Positions 43,395-54,592 of a stretch of 64,000 nt of DNA are shown piece after piece. The notes beneath the pieces were generated by a model. It was not told where the DNA came from and did not search any database. It saw nothing but the letters and a program-made list of their open reading frames with translations. The position numbers and the translations under genes were made by a program. Location of the stretch: NCBI GenBank assembly GCA_963845755.1, contig CAWJTV010000005.1, forward strand, positions 192,001 through 256,000, given 5' to 3'. Position 1 is the first letter of the stretch, and each line of letters opens with the position of its first letter. This DNA is from an uncultured Planctomycetota bacterium. GTDB taxonomy: Bacteria > Planctomycetota > Planctomycetia > Isosphaerales > Isosphaeraceae.

Positions 43395-44684
43395 TCAGAT
43401 CGCCGTGCCGTCCGGCAAGGTGATGTTCTTGTGGGTCACGACGATACCATCACGGATCACGTGGGTCGCCGATTCTTCCGTGCTGTCGGCGTCCCCTTTA
43501 CTGATGATCCTCACGTTCCGGCCGACGCGCACGTTCTTGTCGATGATGGCCCGTTCGATGACGGAGTTCGCCCCGATTCCCAATGCTGGTCGGTTGAGCC
43601 GGTGGTTCTCGGTATGATGCTTGGGAAACTCGGGGAAATCGATGCCCATGATGTACGTATCGCGGATCGTGACATTCTCGCCGATCCGGGATCGAACCCC
43701 GATCACCGAGTTCTCGATCACGGTTCCGTGGCCGATGACCGAGCCGTCGCAGATCAGGCTGTTCTTGACCGTTGCGCCCTGGATTCTCGAGCAGGGGAGG
43801 AACCGGGTCCTGGTGAAGATCGGCCCTTCCTCCGCGGCGAAGTCGAACGGAGGCTGTTCGCGCGTCAGCTCGATATTGGCGTTGTGGAAGGCACCGACGG
43901 TGCCGATGTCCTCCCAGTAACCATCGAACAGATGGGCCTGGACGCGGTGAGCGGGGATCGCGCTAGGGAGCACCTCGTGGCCGAAATCGGCCGCGCCGCT
44001 CGAGCGAAGCAGGTCGACGAGGGTCGTCCGGTTGAACAGGTAGATCCCCATGCTCGCCAGGTAGGGTTGACCGGACGCGTTCAGGCCGAGCTTCTCCAGC
44101 CAGGCCGGATCGGTCCGGACCCGTTCCAGCTTCTCGGTTGTCTTGGGCTTCTCCTCGAACTCGATGACGCGCCCGTCGGCCTGGATCTTCATGATCCCGC
44201 AGGACCTGGCCTCCTGTTCGGCCACCGGAAGCGCCGCGATCGTGACCGCCGCCTTGTTCTCCAGATGGGTGCGGATCATGTCCTGGAAATCCATCCGGTA
44301 GAGCTGGTCGCCGGACAGGATCAGCACCAGATCATACGTGCTCTCCGTGAAGTAGGGGATGTTGCGTCGGACGGCGTCGGCGGTCCCCTGATACCAGGAC
44401 TCGTGCTCCATGGTCTGCTGCGCGGCCAGGATCTCGACGAATCCGCCTCCGTAAGGATCGAATTTATATGTGTTATAAATGTGTCGGTGCAAGCTTACTG
44501 AATTGAACTGGGTCAGGACGAAGATCCGGTTCAATCGCGAGTTGATGCAGTTCGACACGGGAATGTCGATCAGCCGATACTTGCCGGCGATCGGGACCGC
44601 CGGCTTGCTCCGCGACTTGGTCAGCGGGAACAGCCGGGTGCCTCGACCTCCACCCAGAATCAGCGAGATCACCCGAGGCGTCAT
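43395..44684 (-). CDS. glgC: Glucose-1-phosphate adenylyltransferase
   Basis: LGGGRGTRLFPLT..RSKPAVP, WYQGTADAVR, LSGDQLYRMD, ASMGIYLF, YWEDIGT. Confidence 0.97.
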   Translation of the reverse strand: MTPRVISLILGGGRGTRLFPLTKSRSKPAVPIAGKYRLIDIPVSNCINSRLNRIFVLTQFNSVSLHRHIYNTYKFDPYGGGFVEILAAQQTMEHESWYQGTADAVRRNIPYFTESTYDLVLILSGDQLYRMDFQDMIRTHLENKAAVTIAALPVAEQEARSCGIMKIQADGRVIEFEEKPKTTEKLERVRTDPAWLEKLGLNASGQPYLASMGIYLFNRTTLVDLLRSSGAADFGHEVLPSAIPAHRVQAHLFDGYWEDIGTVGAFHNANIELTREQPPFDFAAEEGPIFTRTRFLPCSRIQGATVKNSLICDGSVIGHGTVIENSVIGVRSRIGENVTIRDTYIMGIDFPEFPKHHTENHRLNRPALGIGANSVIERAIIDKNVRVGRNVRIISKGDADSTEESATHVIRDGIVVTHKNITLPDGTAI

Positions 44685-44833
44685 AACGCTCCCTCCTGCT
44701 CGTGGTGCGGACTCTCTTCAGGCAGTCGTCATGAGACGGCGGACGGCCGGCACGATCGGAGTGAGACCTTCGAATCTGGGATCGTCTCACGAACCAGCCG
44801 TCCCTCGGTCTCGCCCTATCGGACCACCGACGA

Positions 44834-45157
44834 CTACCACCCGCGGACCATGTTCGATTCGATGACCTTCCGAGCGCCGTCGAGGTCTGTCCCCGTCGCT
44901 TGCATGTACAGGCGGACTGCATGCAGCTTGTCCCCCTGGGCCTTCGACAGGCAGTCGCGGGCGACCGCACAGGGGTCGGCCTCGGTCGCGATCCCGAGCA
45001 ACCGCTTTGAGATCACCCAGGCATCCCGCGGACGGTGGCTGACCCGGATGATCTCCTCACTCGGATAATGCGACACCGCGAACGCGCGCGCGGATTCATC
45101 GTCTTCCACGCACGCAATCATGATATGTGACGTTGTCTCGACCTCGAACAGGGGCAT
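44834..45157 (-). CDS. Conserved planctomycete hypothetical protein (107 aa)
   Basis: MPLFEVETTSHIMI..RPRDAWVISK..ARDCL.KA.GDKLHAVRLYM..ARKVIESNM; protein-like composition. Confidence 0.7.
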   Translation of the reverse strand: MPLFEVETTSHIMIACVEDDESARAFAVSHYPSEEIIRVSHRPRDAWVISKRLLGIATEADPCAVARDCLSKAQGDKLHAVRLYMQATGTDLDGARKVIESNMVRGW

Positions 45158-45538
45158 GGGCGATCCCTTTCCGGAAATGGAGGGTTTCCCGTGAGACAGG
45201 TGTGTCGGGAACAATTCTGGTCAAGGAGAGCTCCGATACAAGGGATGGTAACCGTCGGAATGCGTCGGGTCAAACCTCTGGCTGCGTTCGTCTCGGTCTC
45301 GATTCGGATCGTTATGAGGGTAACGACCGTCGGCGTGGACCTTGCCGGCGGGCGGCCGGCTTGCGACAATCCAAATGTAAGGACGAGAGGAGAGGTTCGC
45401 GGGGCGAGGGAAGTTGAGACGCGACTCGGTGCACTCCCGAGGCAGCGATCGGACCCAAGAGCGTCGAGCGCAACCTCGAAATGTACATCGCACCTCTCGC
45501 CAGTATCACGTAACCCCTCGCAAGAGGTCGATTGAAAG

Positions 45539-46942
45539 ATGCCAGAGACCTTGTTCGATAAGGTCTGGGATCGCCATGTGGTGGTCGCGACGGAGGAGGC
45601 GACGCTCCTTTACATCGACCGGCACCTGGTCCATGAGGTGACCAGTCCGCAGGCATTCGATGGACTCAGGCTGGCCAGGCGCGGGGTGCGCCGAGTGGAC
45701 CTGACGTACGCCACGGTCGATCACAACGTCCCGACCGATAACCAGTTCGACATCCGCGACCCCTTGTCGCGCCGGCAGGTCGAAACGCTAAGGACCAACT
45801 GCCGGGAGTTCGGCATCACGCTCTACGACATCCAGAGCGGTCACCAGGGGATCGTTCACGTGATCGGCCCGGAACTGGGCCTGACGCTCCCCGGAGCGAC
45901 GATCGTTTGCGGCGACAGCCATACAAGCACGCATGGTGCCTTCGGTGCCCTGGCTTTCGGGATCGGGACGAGCGAGGTCGAGCACGTCCTGGCCACCCAG
46001 ACGCTCTGGCAGGGCGTGCGGCCTCACTCGCTGGGGGTGGAAGTGACCGGCCAACTCGACACCGGGCTGGAGCCGAAGGATATCATCCTGGCCATTATCC
46101 GTAAAATCGGCACGGGAGGGGCGACCGGCCACGTGATCGAATATTACGGACCGGCGATCACGGCACTGTCGATGGAAGGCAGGATGACGATCTGCAACAT
46201 GTCGATCGAAGGCGGAGCTCGGGCCGGAATGATTGCGCCGGACGATGTGACGATGGAATACATCGCGCGCGGAGAGCGTCGTTTCGCGCCGAAGGGCGCC
46301 GCGCTCGACGCAGCGATCCGGGACTGGCGAGGGCTTCGGACCGACGACCCCTCGGCGTTCGATCGCCACGTTTCGATCGATGCCTCAGCGCTGGTTCCTC
46401 AGGTCACCTGGGGCACCAACCCGGCGATGACGGTCGATGTCACGGGTGTGGTCCCTCAACCCGAGGAGGTCCCCTTCACCGCCCCCGACGACGCCCGACG
46501 CGCCCTGTCTTACATGGGCCTGTCGCCCGGTACCCCGATCAGCCAGATCCCGATCGACGTCGTCTTCATCGGATCCTGCACCAATGGAAGGATCGAGGAT
46601 CTCCGCGCCGCGGCACGCGTCTTTCGCGGCCGAAAGACGGCCCCTGGCGTCCGAGCGTTGGTGGTCCCCGGCAGTGAAGAAGTCCGTTATCAGGCCGAAG
46701 CCGAGGGTCTCGACCGCATCTTCCGGGACGCAGGCGCCGAATGGCGACAATCAGGTTGCAGCATGTGCCTGGCCATGAACCCCGATAAGCTCACGCCGGG
46801 TCAGCGCTCCGCCAGCACCAGCAACCGGAATTTCGAAGGCCGCCAGGGACCCGGGGGACGAACCCATCTCGTCAGCCCAGCGATGGCGGCCGCCGCGGCC
46901 GTCACCGGGCGTTTCGCGGATGTACGGGAGCTTCTGGCGTGA
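45539..46942 (+). CDS. leuC: 3-isopropylmalate dehydratase large subunit
   Basis: [61 protein letters not shown]. Confidence 0.98.
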   Translation: MPETLFDKVWDRHVVVATEEATLLYIDRHLVHEVTSPQAFDGLRLARRGVRRVDLTYATVDHNVPTDNQFDIRDPLSRRQVETLRTNCREFGITLYDIQSGHQGIVHVIGPELGLTLPGATIVCGDSHTSTHGAFGALAFGIGTSEVEHVLATQTLWQGVRPHSLGVEVTGQLDTGLEPKDIILAIIRKIGTGGATGHVIEYYGPAITALSMEGRMTICNMSIEGGARAGMIAPDDVTMEYIARGERRFAPKGAALDAAIRDWRGLRTDDPSAFDRHVSIDASALVPQVTWGTNPAMTVDVTGVVPQPEEVPFTAPDDARRALSYMGLSPGTPISQIPIDVVFIGSCTNGRIEDLRAAARVFRGRKTAPGVRALVVPGSEEVRYQAEAEGLDRIFRDAGAEWRQSGCSMCLAMNPDKLTPGQRSASTSNRNFEGRQGPGGRTHLVSPAMAAAAAVTGRFADVRELLA

Positions 46943-47033
46943 GGGTGGTGGGCGACAGGAGCGAAGGACACGGAGGGCGCAGAGCACTCGATGCCCTGGG
47001 CAGACCCTCGATCTCGAATCGGGAATCTCAAGC

Positions 47034-47726
47034 ATGCAGCCTTTCGTAACGCATCGAGGCCGACTGGCCCTACTCGACTGGACCGACGTCAACACGGATC
47101 TGATCATCCCCGCGCGATACTTGAAGCGGATCGAGCGGACGGGGTTCGGCCCGCTACTATTCGCCGACAAGCGATATGTCCCAGGCGGCGCCCCCGAGAT
47201 CGATGACCCCGATCGGCATGGTCTGGAGAATCCTGATTTTCCCCTCAACAACCCCGCACTGCGGGGAGCAACCGTTCTCGTGGTCGGGCGGAACTTCGGC
47301 TGCGGCTCCAGTCGGGAACATGCCGTCTGGGCCGTCATGCAAGGCGGTTACCGGGCGATCATCGCCCCGGTCAAGGGGGAAGGGTTTGCCGACATCTTCG
47401 AATCGAATGCCCTCCATAACGGATTGCTCGTCATCGAGTTAGGTCTGGACGCATGGCAGTCGATCGCCACGGCCGTGCGCGAACGTCCGGAGTCCACCGA
47501 AGTAACCATCGACCTCCGCGATCAGTCGGTCATTCTTCATCGCGTCGCGAACGATCCTGCCAGCGAAAGGCAACTGCGCTTCGCCTTCGAGATTCCCGAA
47601 TCCCACCGCAAGCGATTGCTCAAGGGACTGGACGCGATTGCCGAAACTCTGCTCCACGATGCTGAGATTCGACGACACGAGCAGCACGCCCCCGCCTGGC
47701 TCTCGAGTCCAGCACGTTCTTCGTAG
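47034..47726 (+). CDS. leuD: 3-isopropylmalate dehydratase small subunit
   Basis: DVNTDLIIPARYLK, NFGCGSSREHAVW, FADIF, GLDAI. Confidence 0.95.
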   Translation: MQPFVTHRGRLALLDWTDVNTDLIIPARYLKRIERTGFGPLLFADKRYVPGGAPEIDDPDRHGLENPDFPLNNPALRGATVLVVGRNFGCGSSREHAVWAVMQGGYRAIIAPVKGEGFADIFESNALHNGLLVIELGLDAWQSIATAVRERPESTEVTIDLRDQSVILHRVANDPASERQLRFAFEIPESHRKRLLKGLDAIAETLLHDAEIRRHEQHAPAWLSSPARSS

Positions 47727-47957
47727 CAATGCCTTTCTCGGAAAGAGCTTGTAACTTCCATGGGCTGAGGATGCGCCCATGCCTTATCGACATACCATGA
47801 GACTCAGTATTCGCGTAAGGTCTCGCTGTTGCCGAGAGCAAATTCATCTTTCGGCTCGTCGTACGAGACCGATCCAGGCGAAGCAGGACTCGTCGAAGCG
47901 ACGACACCTCGCGAGACTCGGATCCCTTAACTCGACCGCGCACCCATCGCCCGAATC

Positions 47958-47986
47958 TTGACCTTGATCAGCAAGATACGTAAGAT
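47958..47986 (+). promoter_or_regulatory. Putative sigma70 promoter of cysH
   Basis: TTGACC-17 nt-TAAGAT about 75 nt upstream of ATG 48061. Confidence 0.55.
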
Positions 47987-48060
47987 TGGCGATGTCCACG
48001 GCAGATCGCCGGAATTATGTCGGCGATCGATGGTTCCTGCGCGAGAGGAGAACCCACATC

Positions 48061-48782
48061 ATGTCAGCTATCGAAATGCTGGCTCAGGAGGAATGGACAG
48101 AGGTCAATGCAGCAACTGGCAGGGGCGACGCCGCATGATATCATCCAGTGGGCAGTCGATCGGTTCTACCCGCGTCTGACGATGGCGACGGCGTTCGGGG
48201 CGGAAGGGTGTATCCTGTTGCACCTCCTGGCGGAGATCGAGCCGAAGGTGCGGGTGTTCAACCTGGACACGGGTTACCAGTTCCCGGAGACGCTGGACCT
48301 GCGGGATCGGCTGGCGGAACGCTATGGGATCGAGGTGGAGCTGATCCGTGCGGAGACGACGGTCGCCGAGTACGAACGGCAGCACGGCGGCCCCTTGTAT
48401 GTATCCCATTCGGATCAATGTTGCTATGATCGAAAGATCGTTCCGTTGCGGCGGGCACTGGTTGGCTACGATGCATGGATCACGGCGATCCGAGCCGAGC
48501 AGTCCTCACACCGCGCGGCGGCCCAGATCGTGGGACCAGATCCGAAGTTCGGCCTGGTCAAGATCAACCCGCTCCTGAACTGGACGCGACGGGATGTCTG
48601 GGCCTTCGTCGTCACGCACAATGTGCCATATAACCCATTGTACGACCGGGGTTATTCTTCGATCGGCTGCTGGCCGTGCACGCGCGCCGTATCCGCGGGG
48701 CAGGATGAGAGGGCCGGCCGGTGGGCTGGCCAGGCCAAGACCGAGTGTGGCCTTGCACTCGCTAGATAGCAGCCAGCTCTGA
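48061..48782 (+). CDS. cysH: APS/PAPS reductase, Fe-S type (frameshifts near 48110 and 48750)
   Basis: FNLDTGYQFPET, QCCYDRK, KINPLLNW, YNPL..GY.SIGCWPCT, R.GRW, TECGL(H); GAGGAG RBS. Confidence 0.93.
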
Positions 48783-48819
48783 GACGGGGACGGTCAACCG
48801 GCCGGGAGGCCGCGACTCG

Positions 48820-49239
48820 ATGAAGATCTCGGCGAAGGCGGAATATGCGTGTCTGGCCGTCCTGGCCCTGGCTCGGCACGGTCCCGCCGGGCCGCCGATG
48901 CGGATTCGCGAAATCTCCGAGTCGTCGGCGATCCCGGAGCGCTACCTCGTGCAGATCCTGCTTCAACTGAAGGCGGCCGGTCTGGTCGTGAGCACGCGCG
49001 GGGCGTCGGGCGGTTACCACCTGGCACGCCCCGCCTCGGCCATCTCGCTCAGCGAGGTCCTCACGGCGATCGAGGGCCCCGATGTGTCGTCCCACGAGCA
49101 GGCAGGGTCGAGGCGAACGACGTCGAGGGTGCTCGACCTCGTCTGGGAGAGCGTTCGAGCCGCCGAGCGGGCCGTTCTCGACCGCACCACGATCGCCCAG
49201 CTTGCCGAACAATCCTCTCCCCGCGAATGGATCATCTAG
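48820..49239 (+). CDS. Rrf2 family transcriptional regulator (CymR-like, no Fe-S Cys triad)
   Basis: MKISAKAEYA, IPERYLVQILLQLK.AGLV.STRG.SGGY.LA. Confidence 0.92.
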   Translation: MKISAKAEYACLAVLALARHGPAGPPMRIREISESSAIPERYLVQILLQLKAAGLVVSTRGASGGYHLARPASAISLSEVLTAIEGPDVSSHEQAGSRRTTSRVLDLVWESVRAAERAVLDRTTIAQLAEQSSPREWII

Positions 49240-49244
49240 TCAAG

Positions 49245-49274
49245 TTAACCCACGTGGACCAAAGTTGGTACAAT
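49245..49274 (+). promoter_or_regulatory. Putative internal promoter for sat/cysC
   Basis: TTAACC-18 nt-TACAAT with TGn extension. Confidence 0.45.
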
Positions 49275-49425
49275 GAACTCTCGTGCCGGCGGCGGAGAAC
49301 CGATCGGGAATCCGAGCCGGCACATTGTGTTTTTGTCGTATGGTAAACAGGGATGATCGCCTCGTCCGTGGGCGTGCGATTCTTTCGGGATATCGACGGC
49401 ATCTTTGAGAGAAAGGAGCCTGGCC

Positions 49426-51199
49426 ATTTCAGCCTCGACATCGACAGCAAGCTCCGCCGCTACGAACGGCAAGCTGAATCCACCTTACGCCGGCTCGCTG
49501 ACCGACCTGATCGTCGGGAATGAGCGTGCGGCCGAAATGAAAGCGACTTCCAAGGACCATGCCAGTGTGACCCTCAACGAGCGCGGGCTCTGCGACCTGG
49601 AGCTGCTGGCCGTCGGCGGGTTCTCGCCACTGAAAAGCTTCCTGGGGAAGGCCGACTACGAGCGGGTCGTCGGCGAGATGCGGTTGGCCAACGGGACGCT
49701 CTGGCCGTTGCCGGTCGTCCTGCCGGTCACGCCGGGAGATGGCGTTGCCGAGGGGAAGCCGCTGGCCCTGCGGGACGTCTACGGCAACCTGCTGGCGTTC
49801 CTCCATGTCGAGGAAATCTACGCGTACGACAAGTCCAACGAGGCGCGCCACGCCTATGGTTCGCTCGACGAGAAACACCCAGCGGTCGCCCACCTGAACC
49901 GGCAGCCCGGGCATAACGCCTCGGGGCGGCTGGAGGTGATTCGCGTCCCGCCACATTATGACTTCGTCGAGCTCCGCCGCACTCCGACCGAGCTGCGCCG
50001 CGCACTTCCAATCGCTGGGATGGAGCAAGATCGTCGCCTTCCAGACACGCAACCCCTTGCATCGGGCCCACGAGGAGCTGACCAAGCGCGCCGCGCAGCA
50101 GATCGGTGGCGGCCTGCTGATCCATCCGGTCGTCGGCGTGACCAAGCCCGGCGACGTGGATCATTACACCCGGGTGCGCTGCTACCGTGCCCTGGTCGAT
50201 AACTACTACGAGCCGGGGACCGTCGTGCTCAGCCTCCTGCCCCTGGCGATGCGCATGGGCGGCCCGCGCGAGGTGCTTCTGCACGCGATCATCCGCCGCA
50301 ACTACGGCTGCACCCACTTCATCGTCGGCCGCGACCACGCCGGACCAGGCAACGACTCGACCGGCAAGCCATTCTATTCGCCCTATGCCGCGCAGGAATC
50401 GATGGGCAAACATGCTGCCGAGATCGGCATGCAAATGGTTGACTTCAAGCAAATGGTCTTCTTGCCGGACGAGAACCGTTACAGCCCCGTTGACGAGGTC
50501 CCGACCGGGGTCAAGACGGCGGATATCTCCGGCACCCAGGTCCGCGATAACTACCTGGCCAAGGGCCTTCAGCTCCCCGAGTGGTTCAGCCGGCCGGCTG
50601 TGGCCGAGATTCTCGGCGAGATGAATCCGCCCAGGTTCCGCCAGGGTGTGACGCTCTGGTTCACCGGTCTCTCGGGCTCGGGCAAGAGCACCATCGCCCA
50701 CGCGACCATCGAGCGGATGGCCGAGTACGGCCGGAACTGCTCGCTCCTCGACGGCGACGAGATTCGTACCCATCTCTCCAAGGGACTGGGTTTCAGCAAG
50801 GAAGACCGAGACACCAACATCCGCCGCGTCGGCTACGTCGCCGGCATGGTCACTCAGCACGGCGGGACGACGCTCTGCTCGGTGATCAGCCCCTATCGCG
50901 CCATCCGGGACGAGGCCCGGAAGATGTCCAAGGGCAACTTTGTCGAGGTCTACTGCGACACACCGATCGAGGTCTGCGAGCAGCGCGACGTCAAGGGCAT
51001 GTACTCCAAGGCCCGCGCAGCCGTCGCCGAGGGCAAGCCCATGGGCTTCACCGGCGTCGATGATCCCTATGAGCCCCCGATCAATCCCGAGGTCACCCTC
51101 GACACCAGCAAGCTCTCGGTCCAGGAGTGCGTTGACACCATCATCGACAAGCTCCTGGAGCTAGGGTACGTCCTGCCCCACGGGCATATCGTCGAGTAA
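49426..51199 (+). CDS. sat: Bifunctional sulfate adenylyltransferase / adenylylsulfate kinase (frameshift near 50000; start codon uncertain)
   Basis: CDLELL..GGFSPL, AFQTRNPLHRAH, GPRE..HAIIRRNYGCTHFIVGRDHAG, then APS kinase WFTGLSGSGKST, LDGD, RDVKGMY, FTGVDDPYE. Confidence 0.95.
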
Positions 51200-51236
51200 C
51201 GAATCTTTCGATTTTCTGCGAGTCGAATGCAACTTC

Positions 51237-51287
51237 AAGCAGTCCGGCCGCTAGGAACCTTTCCAAGCAGCCGGACTGCTTGTTTCT
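51237..51287 (+). terminator. Putative intrinsic terminator after sat/cysC
   Basis: aagcagtccggc ... gccggactgctt stem followed by gtttct. Confidence 0.6.
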
Positions 51288-51454
51288 AGGGATAGACGAT
51301 ACATCCTGCTAAACAGCCAACTCATCCCAGCACGAGGATTGACGAACTGCGAAGACGACCGTCCGACAACTTTCCATGTCGTCTTGTGCCTCGAATCCGA
51401 GGGCGAGCCGATCGCCTCCTATCTCGCCGCGGTTGATTCGCTACAATAGTCCGC

Positions 51455-52951
51455 ATGAACGTCATCGTCGTGGTTTGCAACAGCTTGCACCTGGGCTTTC
51501 TGGGTGCTTACGGAAATGCCTGGATCGAGACGCCCAGCCTGGACCGGCTCGCGTCCGAGGGGATCGTCTTCGACCATCATTTTCCCGAGAACCTGACCAC
51601 CCTGCCGACCCGTCGGAGCTGGTGGACCGGCCGTTATGGGTTCGCCGATCCGGATCAGGGCTGGACTCCGCTGCGCCCGGACGAGCGCATCCTGCCCGAC
51701 CTGCTCTGGAACCAGGGAGTCCGCACGGCTTTCATCTCCGACGTCCCCCTGCTCCGCGAGACCGGCATGGGCTACGGCCGCGGGTTCGACGAGGTGATCT
51801 GGGTGCGTGGGCAGGGTTACGACCCGCTCGTCCATCCCTCGGATCCCCGCGCCCGGCACGTGCGGCTCGAGGATGAACCGGGTCTGAGGCTCCCTCCGGA
51901 AGATGACCCGGATTTCGCTCTCTGGAAATCCCGATGGGAGCAGTACTTACGCAACCGGGCCGTCTTGCGGACCGACATCGATGAGAACACGGGCGTCGCG
52001 CGGATGGTAAAGACGGCCATCGACTGGCTCGAACGTCGCGGAGGCGAGAAGGCGCCCTTCCTTCTCTGGCTCGACATCTTCAGTCCGCACGGGCCGTGGG
52101 ACCCGCCCCAGCCGTATCGCGACCAGTACGTGATGGCCGAGCCCGACGAGTTCGAGGCTGGTGAGGAAGGAGACCTCGTCGAGGATGTCGGCGAGGCTGA
52201 GGATCTGGATTTCGATATCCAGGAGGTCGCGGCCCTGATCGACGTACCGGGAGGGGCGGTCGGCGACGTGCTCAGTGAGGCCGAACTCTTCCGATTGAGG
52301 CGGACTTACGCCGGCACCGTGACCCTGGTCAACCGCTGGCTAGGCGTCCTCTTCGAGTCTTTGGGCCGCATGGGCCGGCTGGATGATACCGTCGTGATCT
52401 TCACCAGCGATCAGGGCGAGCCGCTCGGCGAACATGGCTTCGTCCGCCGGTTCCGTCCCTGGCTGCACGAGGAGCTGATCCACACGCCCTTGATCGTGAG
52501 GATGCCACGCGGGAGGCACGGCGGGATTCGGCACCGGGGCCTCGTGCAGACCGTCAACCTGCTGCCGACGGTCGTCTCGGCCCTGGGCCTTCCTCCGCTG
52601 GACGACCAGGCCGCCCCGATCCACGGTCACGACCTGCTTCCCTTGATCCGCGGCGAGCAGACCAAGGTCCGAGACTACGCCTGTCTCGGGATGGATGTCG
52701 CGGAGTTCGCCATCCGGACGCATCTCTGGCACCTGATCGTCCCAATGGAGAACGACCCGGAGGAGCCGCGGTCCCCGGAACTCTTTCGCAAGCCCGAGGA
52801 CCGCTGGGACCAGAACAACGTAATCGAGCAGCATCCCGAAGTTGCCGATCACCTGGAGCTCACACTCCGCCGGTTTATCGACGTCATCGGCCGAGACAGC
52901 CTGGACGAGCTTCCGTCTCTGCGCGAGATTGCCCGATTCGGCAGCGGCTGA
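51455..52951 (+). CDS. Cytoplasmic sulfatase-like hydrolase
   Basis: GAYGN.WI.TP.LDRLA, TTLPTRRS..TGRY, PHGPWDPP, FTSDQGEPLGEHG, PLIVR. Confidence 0.85.
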   Translation: MNVIVVVCNSLHLGFLGAYGNAWIETPSLDRLASEGIVFDHHFPENLTTLPTRRSWWTGRYGFADPDQGWTPLRPDERILPDLLWNQGVRTAFISDVPLLRETGMGYGRGFDEVIWVRGQGYDPLVHPSDPRARHVRLEDEPGLRLPPEDDPDFALWKSRWEQYLRNRAVLRTDIDENTGVARMVKTAIDWLERRGGEKAPFLLWLDIFSPHGPWDPPQPYRDQYVMAEPDEFEAGEEGDLVEDVGEAEDLDFDIQEVAALIDVPGGAVGDVLSEAELFRLRRTYAGTVTLVNRWLGVLFESLGRMGRLDDTVVIFTSDQGEPLGEHGFVRRFRPWLHEELIHTPLIVRMPRGRHGGIRHRGLVQTVNLLPTVVSALGLPPLDDQAAPIHGHDLLPLIRGEQTKVRDYACLGMDVAEFAIRTHLWHLIVPMENDPEEPRSPELFRKPEDRWDQNNVIEQHPEVADHLELTLRRFIDVIGRDSLDELPSLREIARFGSG

Positions 52952-53007
52952 GCGTGAACAGGACAGGCCTGGTGGGTCTACCACCCGAACGAACGTTCCA
53001 AACAAAC

Positions 53008-53047
53008 AGGGGGACTGGCACCTCGAAGATTCGGAGCCAGTCCCCTT
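53008..53047. repeat. REP-like palindrome between convergent genes
   Basis: aggggggactggcacc-like arm ... ggagccagtccccttt-like arm (ggggactggc / gccagtcccc). Confidence 0.65.
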
Positions 53048-53064
53048 CGGATTCGAGGCTCGGA

Positions 53065-54259
53065 TCAGTGGGACACGGTCACGATGTCCTGGGGACTCGC
53101 GATCGCGCCATGCGTGTCGCAGCCGCCTGCCACGCATCCGCAGCCATTGCCCGGGCAGGTCTTCTTGTGGAGGAAAGTCTTCAGGAAGCAGGGCTTCTTC
53201 ACCTTGGCCGGGACCGTGCTTCCGCAGGACTCATAGGTGACCGCGCACTGTGCCGACGGCAGCGGAGAGTGCTTCTTGAATGGGCAGAGTTTGTTCAGAA
53301 GGTTGCACTTCTTGCCGCCGCTTTCCACCATCATCGGGGAGGCATAGCCTACCTGCTCGGACGTGGTGACGATCACCTGGGCGGAGCCGAGGGATGAGGG
53401 CGACGTCGTGCTCCAGCCGTTCTGAGTCGCGGGTTTCGGAAGGCTCGAGGTCGTCCCGCCTTCCTGGCCGACCACGGCAGCGGTCGGTCGTTCCGATTCT
53501 GACGTCATCGATGGCAGACTCGGCCGGGGTGGCGACGTGGCCGGAGCAGTCAGTCCAGAGCCAGCGGGACTACTCGTAGGTGGGCTCGGAGGGGTCAGGG
53601 CGTCCTGATCGGCCGCTGGGGCCGTCGCGGGACTTGCGTCCGGCGGAGGCTGACTCGCGGGATCCGGCGCCATCGTGGCCGGAGCCGGTTCCTCGGACTC
53701 GCCGGGAGGGTCGGCTGTCGTGTCCCGATTCCGAGCCGGGATGGTATCCGTGTCGACCTGCGGCGATCTGGGCTGCAGGTTCAGCGCGACCTCACTCGTG
53801 GGGGCCTGCGCCGGCTTGAACCACGTCGCTTTCGCACTAGATGCCGGTGCGGCGAATGCCGTAGCTCCGGCGCTGGAAATGGGCGTTGAGGGCTTCCATT
53901 CCGTGCGATCGTTGTCGATGCTCCCGGAGCGTGCCGGATTGTTCCACAGCCGGCCCAGCAACGGGAAGTGGCGTAACAACTTCGGCCTGTCGCTCGAAGC
54001 CTCCGACGGCGAGGCCGTCTCGCCGGCCAACAACTCGGACCGGCTCGAATTCGGGGGCAACGGCGCGGCGGCTGGGGATGCCTCGGCATCGACCTTGGGC
54101 CGGCGCCACCACGCAAGCCGGGAGAGCGGACGCTCCTCCGTTCCGAAGGCACTGACCGCCTCGGGCGAAGCCAAGCTCCCCTTCTGCTGAATGCTGGCGG
54201 CACCCGGATAGGCCCACCAGCAACATCACGACAATCCCTGTCTCCCGCGGCCGTCTCAT
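53065..54259 (-). CDS. Pro/Ser-rich lipoprotein with Cys-rich C-terminus (frameshift near 54180)
   Basis: MRRPRETGIVVMLLVGLSGC lipobox with GGAGG RBS, joined to frame 53065..54174. Confidence 0.6.
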
Positions 54260-54592
54260 GGCGGTTCCTCCCACCAGATCTTCGCCAGTCACGCGGATCC
54301 GAGAAGCTCGAGCTCCTCTCGATCCGCCTCGTCGGTCTTTCCATCGGCAGGCCAGGCATCGCCAACCGACCCATTCGACGGCTTCTCCCGCCGTGACCTC
54401 GACAGGACTCCCCAGTTCAAAAAACACTCCCTAATTGCCGCCCTCGACACAATGTGAACAATAAGGACAACGGCTATGGGATGTCCCTCTCCACCTATCG
54501 GGTCATTCGGACCGGAGCGCCTCGGGTCGATCGTTCGATCGAGACGTCGCACGGAAACGGGTGGCTTGCTCGACGGTTAGCGAGGTTGCCTG

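Noticed and set aside
47727..48060. SAM or other riboswitch upstream of cysH
   Set aside because: I could not identify the conserved core elements by eye. An Rfam/Infernal scan would be needed.
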